DNA of 64,000 bases from Phoronis australis (taxonomy: Eukaryota; Animalia; Phoronida): positions 291,006 through 355,005 of the forward strand of contig NMRA01000108.1 in assembly GCA_002633005.1 (NCBI GenBank). The letters are read 5' to 3'. Both the position numbers and the translations under genes were made by a program. Shown here one piece after another: positions 13,031-25,201 of the stretch (the first letter of the stretch is position 1; every line of letters starts with the position of its first letter). The notes below the pieces were generated by a model. That model saw only the letters and a list, made by a program, of their open reading frames with translations, did no database searches and was not told where the DNA came from.

Positions 13031-13313
13031 CAGTGGCGGATTTGGGGGGCAAGGGGGCCATGGCCCCCCTAAAAGTCTCCCAGATACCATTTGGCAGTTC
13101 GGGATGTGAATTGCTGACTAGCATACGCGCGCATCCAGGGGGGCTTGGGGGGCGAGGCCTTGAACAAATCGTTTTTTTTAGTAATAAGGTCCACGAAGGC
13201 AAAAATCCGAAACCCCTGCATCCCTACATTTTAGGCTGGGCGCGCGCATGTGGCGAAATTCTGATTATTCGTGTGCCCTGCCTACCCAACTCAAAATCCT
13301 GGTTCCGCCCCTG
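13031..13313. mobile_element. Non-autonomous DNA element (CAGTGGCGGA...TCCGCCCCTG)
   Basis: Imperfect terminal inverted repeats and an internal GGGGGCCATGGCCCCC palindrome; lies in intron 1 of MAPEG copy B. Confidence 0.6.
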
Positions 13314-14106
13314 TCATTTTGAAAGTACAACGGACACACTAGAAATTTCATCGATTTTGCAGCATGGGGGAGCCTTTCACATTAAGCTATGCCAATATAA
13401 CGTCATATCTTATCCATTATACATTGGTTCCCAGGATCGTATAAACATACCTTATGTGGTCATTTGACTTTTTTAAATAGGGAGCATTCTCCTCACACAG
13501 GACATTAATTTTAAGAAATCACAATCACCGTTACATTCCGCCACCTTAAACTAAAGGAATCATGCGTATTTTAGCATATCCTATAGTTTGTGTCTTCGAG
13601 AATTTAAGGAAATATTTTATCAACATTGTCACGAGGTTTTTAAACTTTTAGAAGCTGTTACAAGCGTTGCTAAAAAAAATCTGACTACATTACTCACCTC
13701 CTTTGACAATCTGTAATATGTTGTGACACACGACATCAGAATCATTTTAAACAACGCAATAGCTGTGTAAAACGCGAAGGCTGAAAACGCTTCATTCTTC
13801 AATGTATATAAGTTATCCATCATTCTGAACGTTGATTCAACTATGTTTGGAAGTTTCTGTCACAAATTCTTTATACAGAACTCAGTACTAGCTTCAAACA
13901 TTATACCGGAAATTAATTTTTAAAAGCCAAGAACGATTCTCGACTGAAATCACTGTAGCTGATCGGTGCAGAACAGGGCGAGGTGAGGTCACGTTACGAT
14001 TCGGCCAAACTATGCAAATCTTGCTTCTGTCAGATAGGTTCAAAGACGTCCATAGTGCGTAGACCTGTACCAGTGGTTGTTTTGCGTTGTATTCATGTGT
14101 TCGGTG

Positions 14107-14419
14107 CAGTAGCGGATCTAGGATATTATAAGGGGGGGACGGCAACATTTTTTCTGCGGCAATGGAGCAAATCACGATTGCATGCGAGCACCCTGCCTAA
14201 AATATAGGGGGGCCGAAATTCTAGGAATGTGGACCTTTTTGCTAAAATTCAAACGGACTAAAAACGGGAAAACGGTTCCGCCGGCGGTTTGATTCGGGAA
14301 CACAAACTATCTGCATTCATTGTTAAGTCTTGTTCCAGTCGCAAGTTAATTGCCGGATTTCATTAGTTAACTCAATATTTCCTCGCGCTCTTGTTTTTTG
14401 CAACCGCCAAGAGGGAGGN
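14107..14419. mobile_element. Relative of the 7923 element, broken at an N join
   Basis: It starts CAGTAGCGGATCTAGGATA and ends GCCAAGAGGGAGG-N, like GCCAAGGGAGGG-N in the 7923 copy. Confidence 0.6.
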
Positions 14420-14853
14420 AGGCAATAGTTCGAAAAGCCCATAGTCCGACAAGCGACAACTCTTATAGGAGTCAAAACTACAGATTGAGTGAAACCCAGC
14501 TGCTATTTCAAGTCAGCCATTAAAAGTCTACATGGAAACAAATCCCCCCCCCCCTACGATGTCACCTCATGGAATATGAATTACGTAATCTCAAGGGTTA
14601 GTCACTTACTCCCTCGCATAGCACTTCAAAGACTACTGTTGAACTAGTGCGCTGTTGGCAATACAAGTTTCTGACAGAGCCTGCTGCATTTTCCGAAGGA
14701 GGCACCCTGTGGGCTTTCTAAAAGAGCAAACTCACGTCAGGAAGATGGGCGTTTTAGTCCGAAAGAGCCCCAGGGGGTCTCATAAACGCTAAACAGAACC
14801 CTGACTTTGCATGATTTTGCTGCAAAATAGATTTCCGTTTGTTCAAACGACAA

Positions 14854-14981
14854 TAGAATATAAATAGGTAAATAAAACAACAAGAATGGATCAACTTTGT
14901 TTCTGTTGACAAAGGACGTTATTACATCCGAAAATTTCAGTTGATCCATTCTTGTTGTTTTATTTACCTATTTATATTCTA
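14854..14981. repeat. Perfect 43-bp inverted repeat with a 42-bp spacer
   Basis: TAGAATATAAATAGGTAAATAAAACAACAAGAATGGATCAACT (14854-14896) is the exact reverse complement of 14939-14981. Confidence 0.9.
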
Positions 14982-15370
14982 CATTTCGTGAAACAATAGT
15001 ATCCTTGGGAGGATATGGATCGCCTTATTTAGTTTCAGATTTATTTTCTACGTTATTCAAACGACAGGAAATGGAGTAAAACAGGCTAGAAAGGGGTTTC
15101 AAAAGGTTGTCAGGTTATGCTACTCGGTAGATAAATCTAGCCCCCAGTCATTTGTAAAGAACCACAAGTTGCATGCTAATCGATGTCACGTTCATGTTAT
15201 TTACTTACCAGTAGAAATAACATTAAAGCACAATTATAACCGAGATTTCCAAAACCCGCGGGAAATTTGCTACGTGATCTCTTAATACGTCACCAGAAGA
15301 CAACTTGCCAGGTGACTGTAACACTGCGTTCATAATGAAACTGCAAAAATACATTCCTGTGAATGCTGTC

Positions 15371-15520
15371 GACCAGCCTCCCGTTTAGTAACGCTAGGAC
15401 CTCGCTAAAAAGCAAGACTTCGCGAGATTACGTGAGATATTGCCGCGTGTTTCAAATGAGAACATGTGACTCTGGCTAGATTTAAGCTAGGTCCTAGCGT
15501 TACTGAACGCACGCCAGGTC
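15371..15520. mobile_element. Short MITE
   Basis: Imperfect TIRs GACC...CGTTTAGTAACGCTAGGACCTCGCT and AGCTAGGTCCTAGCGTTACTGAACG...GGTC. Confidence 0.65.
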
Positions 15521-15648
15521 TGTGTGCTTCGGCTTTATCCTCATTGTCAGAATCTTAGTGTGAAAATAATATTTTTTTAAATTTCAAACAATTTATGCAT
15601 GTGTTTGTTATGATGTAGGACCATTTATCAATATGCCATCTTAAGTAA

Positions 15649-16047
15649 TACCTTTCCGTAGATAAGTCCATGGGCGTGTATTCCGAAAATGAGAATTTTC
15701 AGGCGTTTTAGTAACACCAAATAAACGCCCAGGCATTTATTCGGAAAGGGGGCTTGTAAGTGGAAAGTCATACTTTTGATTAAGAGGTTTCCTGACTTTG
15801 GCATTTTTTACTTAAAATTATTAAAACATAGTTCGCCAACACTTCGTTCGATTTTAGAAACGATAATTGCTACACTAAACTGAATTTGTGACCAAAAGTT
15901 GACGCTTAGTGGGCTTTTAAGAGGAAATTTCCGAATAAACGCCCCACTATCTGGACACTTGATACCAGAAGTTGTATCGATATAATTTTCCGAATAAACG
16001 CCCATGGGCGTTTTACCGGGTGGGCTTATCTACGGAAAATCCCGGTA
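15649..16047. mobile_element. pogo/Tc2-like MITE
   Basis: TIR cores TTCCGTAGATAAGTCCA and TGGGCTTATCTACGGAA, TA flanks, and internal CCGAATAAACGCCC repeats in both orientations. Confidence 0.65.
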
Positions 16048-18213
16048 GTGCACGAGAGCATCAGCCATCCAGCGGCAAGGTGGTAGTCTCAAAGGACCTA
16101 GAATTAGTGGTAAAATATTTTCCAAAATTATATTGTTCTACCCGAGTTATACGCTGTAACCACATTTTCGACGTTTTGCATCCCAAAAATTAGGAATTTT
16201 GAGCCCTTATTCCATGCATGTGGTTAAGTCATGATGCTAATTGATTGACGCTCAATTGCCTTATCGATTTATCATCCATGTTTAGTAGTTCCACTACCCC
16301 CCCTCCCCAAGGATGTTTTGATCCCATACGTTTTTTACACTGACATCATCGCATCTGGCCTCGCTGCTAAGAAAATGGAACTTGGCCTTTGTACTGGCAA
16401 AGTATGGAACTTTCATCAAATAAAATAAAAACATTGTGGTCGCGAAAATCGTTAAAGCCACATGGAGAACTCGAGCATAAGTTGCGTTGACAAACTTTAT
16501 TCGTTTCTTTCTTATAGTTACTCGGTTCAACTGTAACATACAAAAAACGTTCTATGAGACAATTGAACAATACGTTGGTCGTTTACAAAGTTACAATACT
16601 AACGTTAAACATTGCATATATTCTTATTCGGACAACGTCAAACTACTAGAGGCAACGCTAATTAAAGTTACAGAGTACGCGTTACAATTACGTTGAAGTA
16701 CTGACTATATAATGTAACAAAACTAAGTACAAAATACTTACACCAATTTGCGGCATAGATCACGACTAATTGAAACTCAAGATACATGTAAGAACGTTGA
16801 AGCACGAATGAGCTAAGCTGGCGCGCGTTACAGCTATAAACTATGGTGTGCCGAGCAGTTATACATATGCAAAATTCTATTGAAGAATTAGTCACGTGGA
16901 AAAATATACGCGGTAGAAGCTGGAGAGCAAACACATAAACCACCAACAGATGGCGAATATAGTCAGACTACAAACACAAGAGTGCGTCGGCACTTACCAA
17001 CCTGTTAGCCAACCTGGTAGTTATGTATTTGGCACCTCAAAGGTACCAAAACGGGCACTTTTAAATGCCAGTGATGGATTTGGCAACACGTATTAACAGG
17101 TAGTCTTTGATGTTTCGCAGGAAATTATTTTGCAGTCAGACTTGCTCTTTCTCAATGTTTCCCAAAATGTATGTGATTGCCTTTTGCAGCTAGTCAGATA
17201 TTTCATAGGCCACCAGCCTCTTGAAACTATAAATTCGCCTTTTTACCATGACACTCACAGCTAGTCTATACCTACAGCCGCATGTGCTACAGAGGTAACA
17301 AAACAATTTTGAATTCTAAGCCTCCTGTAACAATGTACTTTGTCTCCTGATTTAAGACTAGGGTTTCATTGGATCTCGGTACAGTGTACATCTGTCCAGG
17401 ACTACTATCTTCCTTTAAAGATTCTGTTGATGTACGTTGACTTTGGTTTCCCTTTGTTTCATTACGACAGAGAAAATGGTACTCATTTTTGATCTCGCCA
17501 TTTAAACATAATTCGCATTATCTATGTTCCCTGGGAACAGCTGATCCATTTCCATTTTTTACCTTAAACCATGTGACGACAAACGGAAGTGAGATTTTTG
17601 TTATTCTGTAGGACTTGATTTTAACCACTTCTAAATGATTTTCAAAAACTAAGCCATTATTTATCGCTGTGTATAGTGAGAGCTTTGAATAGTCTTCTAC
17701 GATGTCCCATATATCATTCTGAGCGAAGCTAAACATTTTTGTTCTACCAGACCTTTTACAAAATGCATCTGATTGTTCATTGTATACCGAAAATACAATC
17801 AAGGTCCTAATAGGTGTCGCATCAGTGCAGCGCATTGACTAGAACACTAGCGTTGTATATGCCAACAGAAAGATTATAAATGAATTGTCGTTACCCAGCA
17901 GACACAAACGTAGACTGAATTGAGAGCAAAAGACAATTTATTGCTATGAGGAACAAATCTGTGCCCTCGCTTGGGTGAGCCGGCAACCGTCGGTGCTAAG
18001 TTTCTCAGTGCACCGGCGGTCATTTCTGTGATCAATCATGACGCCAGAATGAGATTGAATCAGAGCCGTCGTCATTCACTGCTATGGTAGAAGTCGATCT
18101 CCAACAATCATAACTTTTGTACTGTTTTGACAAGATGTTGCAACGCCGCCTGCATACTCGAAATGTCCACTCCACTCATGGTAGGCCTACAGGCCGAAAC
18201 GGTGAAACCACAA

Positions 18214-19742
18214 TTACATTCTTTGATACGTCGCTGCTGCTATCTGGAAAACCAACGATAGGCACACGACTTGTCCAGTAACAAACGATAAAATGCGCAG
18301 TAGCAGGACGTGAAGAAATTGCAGGGCAATAACGTGCACCAATCTAGCCGCAACGAACACACGGAAGTGCCAAATCGCTACGCCAGGAGTCGGGTTAATC
18401 GCGACGTACAACAGGCCCAGTAAAACGAATAGGGGTATGTTTTCCAGGTCATTCAGGTGGCACCTAAAACGTAAAATACAAGCTTGAAGTAGAATTTAAC
18501 ACAAAATATTTTTACTTTATTTTCAATTTTCATGCCACCAAAAAATGGCCGCCACAATCGAATGACACGTGCAAAAGAGAGAGTTAACAAAGGCAAATGA
18601 GTACAAAGCTGAAATTATCCTATTTCGCTTTATTTTTTGATTTTTTGAAACCCATTTCATTTTCTTAATTGGTGAAGGCGAGGGATAACCTTAATATCTT
18701 AAAAATAATGTGCATTGTTTACGCCATTAAACCTTTTAGCGCCACATTACCTTCTTGTTCTCTCCACATCGGGGTCGTTATATGATATTTTTGCCTCTTT
18801 TGAACCAACTGTTTTCACATCCTCTGGATGAAAAAAGATCTGAAAATGATGACGTGCATGGTTTTTATCTTATCTACTTTTCTGAATATATTTTTCATTC
18901 CGTTGGCTGGCATACATCTGAAAATGCAATTCAATGTACGGTCATTATTACAGAAAGACGGTGTTAGCATGGGTTCCCCGTTAGGCCCAACGTTTGCTGA
19001 ATTTTACATGTCTGAAATTGAAAAACGAGTTAAAAATAACACTGACCACATTCCTATATATGAACGCTATGTTGATGATATTTTCGTCTATTGCAGTATT
19101 GATAAAAAGGTATCGCTTAAGACTATGATTGAGAACCACTGTGAATAACAAGATACCTTTTCTAGATGTTCTTATACGTAAGTCAGACACAAGATTCAGC
19201 ATATCAGTTTATCACAAGCCTACTGACAAAGGTAATTGTCTTTATGCTGATAGCGACTGTCCTGGGCGTTTTAGTCAATCTCTTGAAGATAGCCCACACC
19301 GTTTCGTCTGACTGGAACTTGTTTATTAGTGAAGTTCAGCATGTAAAGCAACTACTACTAATAAATAATGGTTACACCAATTCATTTGTGAATAAACACA
19401 TTACTCGGTTTGTCTCAAAAGTTGAACACCATTATAATGTACTACCCATAGACATCACATTAAGATGTCTATGGTACGACCATTTACTGGTAATGTTAAA
19501 AAAATATACTGTAAAAACTAAACTGCAATCTCCTGTCACGTGAATAAAAACTGTATGTATTGTACAGACCAGCGTCTAGATATTTGCCTGGGAATTAACC
19601 GTCTTGGTTTTTACATTACCTTCTTCGACAATCTGTAATATGTTGTCAGATGTGACATCAGAACCATCTTGAACAGCAATACAGTTGTGTAAAACGCGAG
19701 GGATGAAAAAACTTCATTCTCCAAGGTGTATAAGTTGTCCAT
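18214..19742 (-). CDS. MAPEG-family glutathione-dependent membrane enzyme (MGST1/PTGES-like), copy A, 153 aa
   Basis: Exons 19742-19620, 18839-18751 and 18463-18214 have GT-AG boundaries and splice in frame. The product has FFHPED, the signature DPDVERTRRCHLNDLENIPLF, and four hydrophobic helices. AATAAA is near 17937-17942. Confidence 0.9.
18945..19435 (+). mobile_element. Penelope-like retroelement RT fragment (frameshifted) in intron 1 of MAPEG copy A
   Basis: QKDGVSMGSPLGPTFAEFYM...RYVDDIF, then NNKIPFLDVLI...SVYHKPT...SDCP, then LINNGY..SFVNK. These are RT core, thumb and linker motifs typical of Penelope elements, spread over three frames. Confidence 0.85.
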
Positions 19743-22654
19743 TTTTTTCTGCAACACTGTCTAGGCGTGGCTGCGAGTGATCAGGCGTTGATACCTAAGA
19801 ACGACGCTATCGCGACCCTGGGGCTAGCTGCGTATTGAATGGCTATTTATACCACAGGTTCGCCGTCTATTATACATCACCTTTTGCGTTTACACGAGAG
19901 GCCATCAAAACAAGTGCAACAAAGAAAACGGTTATTTAACCGACGATTTCGTGTATTTCGATGGTATAACTATAATCGTTCGTAGCGATCTTCTGTCCGT
20001 GCTCCCGGCGCAGTGATACTCTCCATTAAACGATAGATGAACATATCATTCAAAGTCCTCAAATTGAACTAAGGGGATTTTTGCTCAATTTTTTTAAATT
20101 TTGAGTTATATGACATGAGTCATGAGTTCTCGTATTCGACATAAACCTATATCACGGGCCTCCTAGACGGGGGGTAGACGGACACGTAATCCGTCTGTAG
20201 TATTTACAGGGTTTCTACCTGTAACCGTTTGTCTGTAAATACAGACATGGATTACAGATAAACACCTCACGGAACACTGCAGTGTTGTCCTTGAAATTTT
20301 CTGTCAATATCAAAACGTGACCATTGTTGTAGACGCAATGCACAATGAAGTAAAATATATTGCAGAATTTCTTTCGGAAAAATCGAAAGCACGAAAAATG
20401 TGAAGATACACATCTGCACCGTTTATTTAGAAATTATCACTTTCGGGGGTCTCGCTTCAGTAAAAAAGTCGTATCCCCATAACCATTGACACAGCAAAAC
20501 TATGTACTAGATATTTCTCACTTCATAAACTATAATACCGTATTCGTTGTCGAGTTGTCCAGGATAGCTTAAAGCTGCACAAAGGTATTTAGTTGCCTAA
20601 AAAGACGAAAGTCGAAATAGGACCTTCACTTGTCTATAGAACTCGATGTTTTTGATAGCGCTCTCTATTTCCAGATTTTTCAGCAAAGATTTCACTTGTA
20701 TGAACAGGGCTCCGCAAACGCTACCCAGAAATAGATATTGTTTGTATTGATTTTCATTTTTTCCACAGTCACCAAAGATGTCGTGTTTATCGTCTTTTTG
20801 CGATTTTTAAAAAGCGTTTGATCGTGCGTCAGAGAGAAGGCTTCCAACACCCACAGTGTCGTCCACTAGACCGAGGTGGTTTTCAAGCTGGGTATCAAAT
20901 TTCTGTCGTTCTATAGTTGTTATTGAGAAAGCATGTCCGTATTTTCCGGACATTAGAATTATATGATTTTGGCAATGACCTGTCTAAGCAACGTATTCCC
21001 GTGGGTTTGCCAAGCTATAGCGATTTGGTAATACGTTGGGTTTTTTTATGCCTTTCAATGACGTCATCATATTAAAAACTCTCTTTCAAGACATAAACGG
21101 AAATTTAAAGACGCGCTCTATGTGGACTTTAGGTATGCAGAGAGAAACGAGGGGGGCGTTATTCGACTCAAATATAGATGAGGACGTGTAGCCTAAGATT
21201 CGAGATGACTGCGTCGCTAGATGTGGATGTCGCTTAAGACTCAAATGCGATTAACTAACTGTAGGTTTTCTGAAAAACCGGTATCTATCTCATCATAATT
21301 TCGAAACTGACTAAAATTATGCTTTATTCGTCATGGTTTTCGACAATAAAAATCCAACGGCGGTGTCCTTTTGCAAAAAAGATACGACCAGGTCCGAGCA
21401 CGGATACAAATGGGGTTACAGATGGTCCCCTAATTGATGTAATGGGCGAATTTAAAGTGCCTCTCCGCCGTTTTCAAGTCATAATTCTCGATCCGCGTCT
21501 AGTTTTTCGGCATGTTTTTGTACCTTGTGCAATTCTGCCCTATGGGGGAGGATAAGTGGGGTAGAAAATAGACCCTCGCTCATCTTCGAGTGATTGAACC
21601 TCGGGGTATCGCTACAGGAGTGAAATGGCGTATGAGTTGGTATGTGGAAAAGGCATTTTTTTAGTAGATAAGATAACAGGAACTAGAATAGTCCTGCAAT
21701 AGCAGTATGCAGTTTCAGGGCTGGCAAATGCTTCGCACACAATTATGCCAATTACGCGATCACTGCAGCTGTAACTCACTTCAGTTAAATACAGGTACTC
21801 GGCGCACAGGGGTATGCACATATAAACATGGCTATCAAGGCAGATTAAATATTACATAGAACAAATAATGGTCATAGACGGTACAAAAAGCCGGGTGCAC
21901 CGAGAAAATGATAAATGTTTAAATTATGCTGACCATAGCTAAAGGTAAGACGTACTTTATCTCAATCAGTTATTGCTTTGTTATCCAACGTTCTCAATAA
22001 GGGCCTTTAACGGGGTTGAGTGTAACTTTTTATTAGTATCATTACCTGAACTAAATGCTTTCATTTTGGTAACTGTGCATTCATATGTACACGGTTATGT
22101 ATTGTTTCGTTTAAATATTGTATTGTTGCAATGTATGCGTGTTGTCCAGACTCTGATTCGATTTCTGGGAAGTAATTCCATCTATTGTATATACTTACCT
22201 TTACTCTAGAGATAAATTCGTTAATGCAAATGCAGACCACGGGAAAATCGTGTAGTAAGTTGCAGCGTTTTTTTTTTTTACTGAGAAAGAGTGAACGTAA
22301 CATTAGCGATCTCATAGCTACATGTACAACCAAGCGAGCGACCATTTACAAAAAAATCTAGGTCTAGTGGGGAGTTGCACGACGTACAAGGCAAACTCTA
22401 AATTCATAACGAATTCCCGCGTTTCATGAAAGCAAAATTCAACGAAAGAAGGAAAGTTTTTAACACCCACCCTCAACCTTTCTACATAGTCCTCTTCAAA
22501 CAGTTGAAATAGGATTTATAAGTTTCAGGAAATCGATACGCGATCAACTAACAACCAGGCGAACATTGGCCAATGATTCTTTAAATTCTTACTTTTAACC
22601 AATGATTTTCCTTTTTACAGGTACAGTGTGGGACATAAAACACCATTTCATGAA

Positions 22655-25201
22655 ATGCTAATGAGAATCAACGTGCGTTTGGGACTTCTTGTGGTGTTTA
22701 GTTTCGCAGTCAATTGCTTGGAAGCTAAAGATCACCGATTGGTAAAAGGACACACAGATACAGAACCGGAACCAGCTGTCAGACATTCGTTATTTCGAGG
22801 ATCCAAATTTGCAAAAAGCAACACAAACCTGCCTTATACAAATGCCATGTGTTCCCTTGAACTAACTCGAAACTCAAGACGCAGATTAGAACATCTGCTT
22901 GAGAAGAAAACAGTCTTGATAACAATGAATCTTTCACTCCCAGGTGAACTTGATGTAAAAGAGAATATACCACCCGAGATTAATCTGGAACCAACCGTTT
23001 TCACGTGGGCAGAACTGACAATGGGACAACCATTGCTGGCAATGGATTTCCGTTACGCCGCTTTATCTTTAGGCACGCTCTCTGTACGTACGGTCAACAC
23101 CCATGTTCAAATAGAGGGAGGATGTACAGCACCACTCAACCAAACAGCCGTTGACCGCTGGCATTATATGCAGACTGCACTCATGGATGCATTCTCACAG
23201 ATGGTGACTAATAAAACACAGTGGTCACTGTGCACAACAAGGGTAGCACAAGAGGGGGGCCAACCTCACATTCAAGCCGTGTGTTGCCGTGGTGACAGCA
23301 ATTCCACCGATTGTGGGTATTACGTACAAGTGGAGTACGACAGCGCATGGGTGACAGTCTGTTTCGTTGTTGTATTTCTCTTCAGCCCGTTGTTGATCTT
23401 GTGGGGCCTGTCGGCTAATTACAACATATACCGAATCAGTCATGGCGGAAGTCTTTTGAGGAAGGTCCCGAGAACATCCGGGCGGTTTACTTATGATCGC
23501 GATGGCCATGAGGATTGTGAAGAATTGGGCAAGGTTCACATACCGTCGTACGTGAAGTTATCATCTAGACAAATGAAGTCAAGTGGTGATACAGTCGAGT
23601 CATCTATAAACGGTCAAGAGCTCTCGACACAACTAAGTTACACTACAGGACAAAACGAACCTCGCAGGCAAAACATACCCATTACAGAGACAAGCGACAC
23701 TGAAAGACTGTTAGGTACGACAAGCGCAAAGCAACAGTTTCCTCTGGATTACGTTGCATTGTCCACTAACACGCCCGTGCGCCTAACCAACATCCATAAA
23801 TTGTTTGTGTTTAACAGTGACAATGTTTGGGTGAATAAAATACAGGTACTGGTATACATTTTAGTCGTTTTCCCGATGGTTGTTCACATCAACTTGATAG
23901 CTATCGCGGTTGTACCAGAGTATAAAAGAAAATACGAAGGTCTTTACCTCGCGGTTTACAATACAAGCCTTTGGAACGATATTTCCAAATCCAGCTTCTA
24001 CGTGTACACTTGGACTGGACTTCCACTTAACGATAGCGGATACGTTATACTAATAATTTCCATCGCTATGTACATTGCAATGTCACTGATTGTCTCCAGT
24101 AAATTTTCCCTAGCCATAGTGGAGAAGAGCAACAACGATAACGCGGAATACTTTGGATACCTGAAACTACCCAAAGAGCTGCAGCCAGCAGGGAAGTACT
24201 TCACTGGTTTTGCTAAAATGTACCACAGAAAGATGCATCATCTCACGCTCATTCTTGATGTCGACTTCTGGGTGTTTTGGTTCAAGTCTATACTGGGTCT
24301 TCTCGCGTGCAAACAATGTATCAAATGTAACTTGAGATGCATCTTTTACCGGCTTGCCTGTTTCTTCTTGTACTTGATAAGCTTATTGGCGTTTCTACCA
24401 ATGATTATTGTCATTCCCATAAATTTCTTGGGATTTGTCGACAAGTTCAAGAAAAGGAAAGACATCAGAAGAATGCGACTAAGGGCAGTGCTGGCTGGTA
24501 TAGCCCAGTTCATCTCAACTATTATCACGTGGTGGGGGCAAGCTTTCTCCTTGTTAATATTCATAGAATCCAGTCGTGTTGTCTGCATGGTGATAATTTA
24601 TTTTGTGTTAGGCAGCGTCAAAAATCACGACGTAGTTCTACCGTACATCACCGTAGGTTCGTCGGGTTTAGTGTTTCTACTGAGGGTACTGCGCGGCCTA
24701 GATAAAAAGTATGTCAAATACACAAAAAGCGTCTTTCACGAATGTCTTCTTGAAGACGACCAACTTCAAGATTTAGAAGATATCAAAGAAAAGTACCCTT
24801 TGGTGGTGAGACGTGATGATGGAATCCCCCTTATACCGAAGGCGTTGTGCGACCATATTATAAGCACACAGTTTCCAGTGAGGAAAGAGGAATTTATTGC
24901 AATTTGCAAAATAGCAATTGCAGCATTTTTTCTATTTCTTGTAGGCTACGCCGGAAGTATTTATCGGGTACTTTCAGCAAGTTTAGGACAAACTTTCGTG
25001 ACATTACTGGCAGCCACTTTACCAAATTATATAGAGTCGATTGGCAGCAGCGATGACGATATCAAAGATGACTTGACCAAGTTCAAAGTTCAAGCGAAAA
25101 TCAAGGAATTTTACGGTACTTCGAGTGTACGATATAGTTTAGAAAATGTGAGCAACTCGGTTCTGCGAAATGCAGAAAATGAAACTGTAGTAGAAAACTA
25201 A
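22655..25201 (+). CDS. Uncharacterised multi-pass membrane protein (about 848 aa), single coding exon
   Basis: A 2.55-kb ORF follows the acceptor ttttacag at 22620; a candidate upstream donor is AAAG|GTAAGA at 21945. It has a signal-peptide-like start (MLMRINVRLGLLVVFSFAVNCLEA), a Cys-bearing ectodomain, a TM near aa 235-255, a polar loop, then roughly 8-10 hydrophobic segments. Confidence 0.85.
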   Translation: MLMRINVRLGLLVVFSFAVNCLEAKDHRLVKGHTDTEPEPAVRHSLFRGSKFAKSNTNLPYTNAMCSLELTRNSRRRLEHLLEKKTVLITMNLSLPGELDVKENIPPEINLEPTVFTWAELTMGQPLLAMDFRYAALSLGTLSVRTVNTHVQIEGGCTAPLNQTAVDRWHYMQTALMDAFSQMVTNKTQWSLCTTRVAQEGGQPHIQAVCCRGDSNSTDCGYYVQVEYDSAWVTVCFVVVFLFSPLLILWGLSANYNIYRISHGGSLLRKVPRTSGRFTYDRDGHEDCEELGKVHIPSYVKLSSRQMKSSGDTVESSINGQELSTQLSYTTGQNEPRRQNIPITETSDTERLLGTTSAKQQFPLDYVALSTNTPVRLTNIHKLFVFNSDNVWVNKIQVLVYILVVFPMVVHINLIAIAVVPEYKRKYEGLYLAVYNTSLWNDISKSSFYVYTWTGLPLNDSGYVILIISIAMYIAMSLIVSSKFSLAIVEKSNNDNAEYFGYLKLPKELQPAGKYFTGFAKMYHRKMHHLTLILDVDFWVFWFKSILGLLACKQCIKCNLRCIFYRLACFFLYLISLLAFLPMIIVIPINFLGFVDKFKKRKDIRRMRLRAVLAGIAQFISTIITWWGQAFSLLIFIESSRVVCMVIIYFVLGSVKNHDVVLPYITVGSSGLVFLLRVLRGLDKKYVKYTKSVFHECLLEDDQLQDLEDIKEKYPLVVRRDDGIPLIPKALCDHIISTQFPVRKEEFIAICKIAIAAFFLFLVGYAGSIYRVLSASLGQTFVTLLAATLPNYIESIGSSDDDIKDDLTKFKVQAKIKEFYGTSSVRYSLENVSNSVLRNAENETVVEN

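Larger units (their letters stand above)
10021..13823 (-). pseudogene. MAPEG-family (MGST1/PTGES-like) gene, copy B, with in-frame TGA
   Basis: Exons 13823/13820-13698, 12481-12393 and 10270-10021 all have GT-AG boundaries and match the paralog in length (123/89/250 nt). Product: MDNLYTLKNEAF...FFYPEDVK...DPDVERSRSCHRNDMENIPVF...LRVL*LRTVSF...WHQM. The TGA is at 10110-10108; AATAAA is near 9898-9903. Confidence 0.75.

Noticed and set aside
13003-13467. 154-aa plus-strand ORF
   Set aside because: It lies mostly within a GC-rich MITE inside a MAPEG intron.
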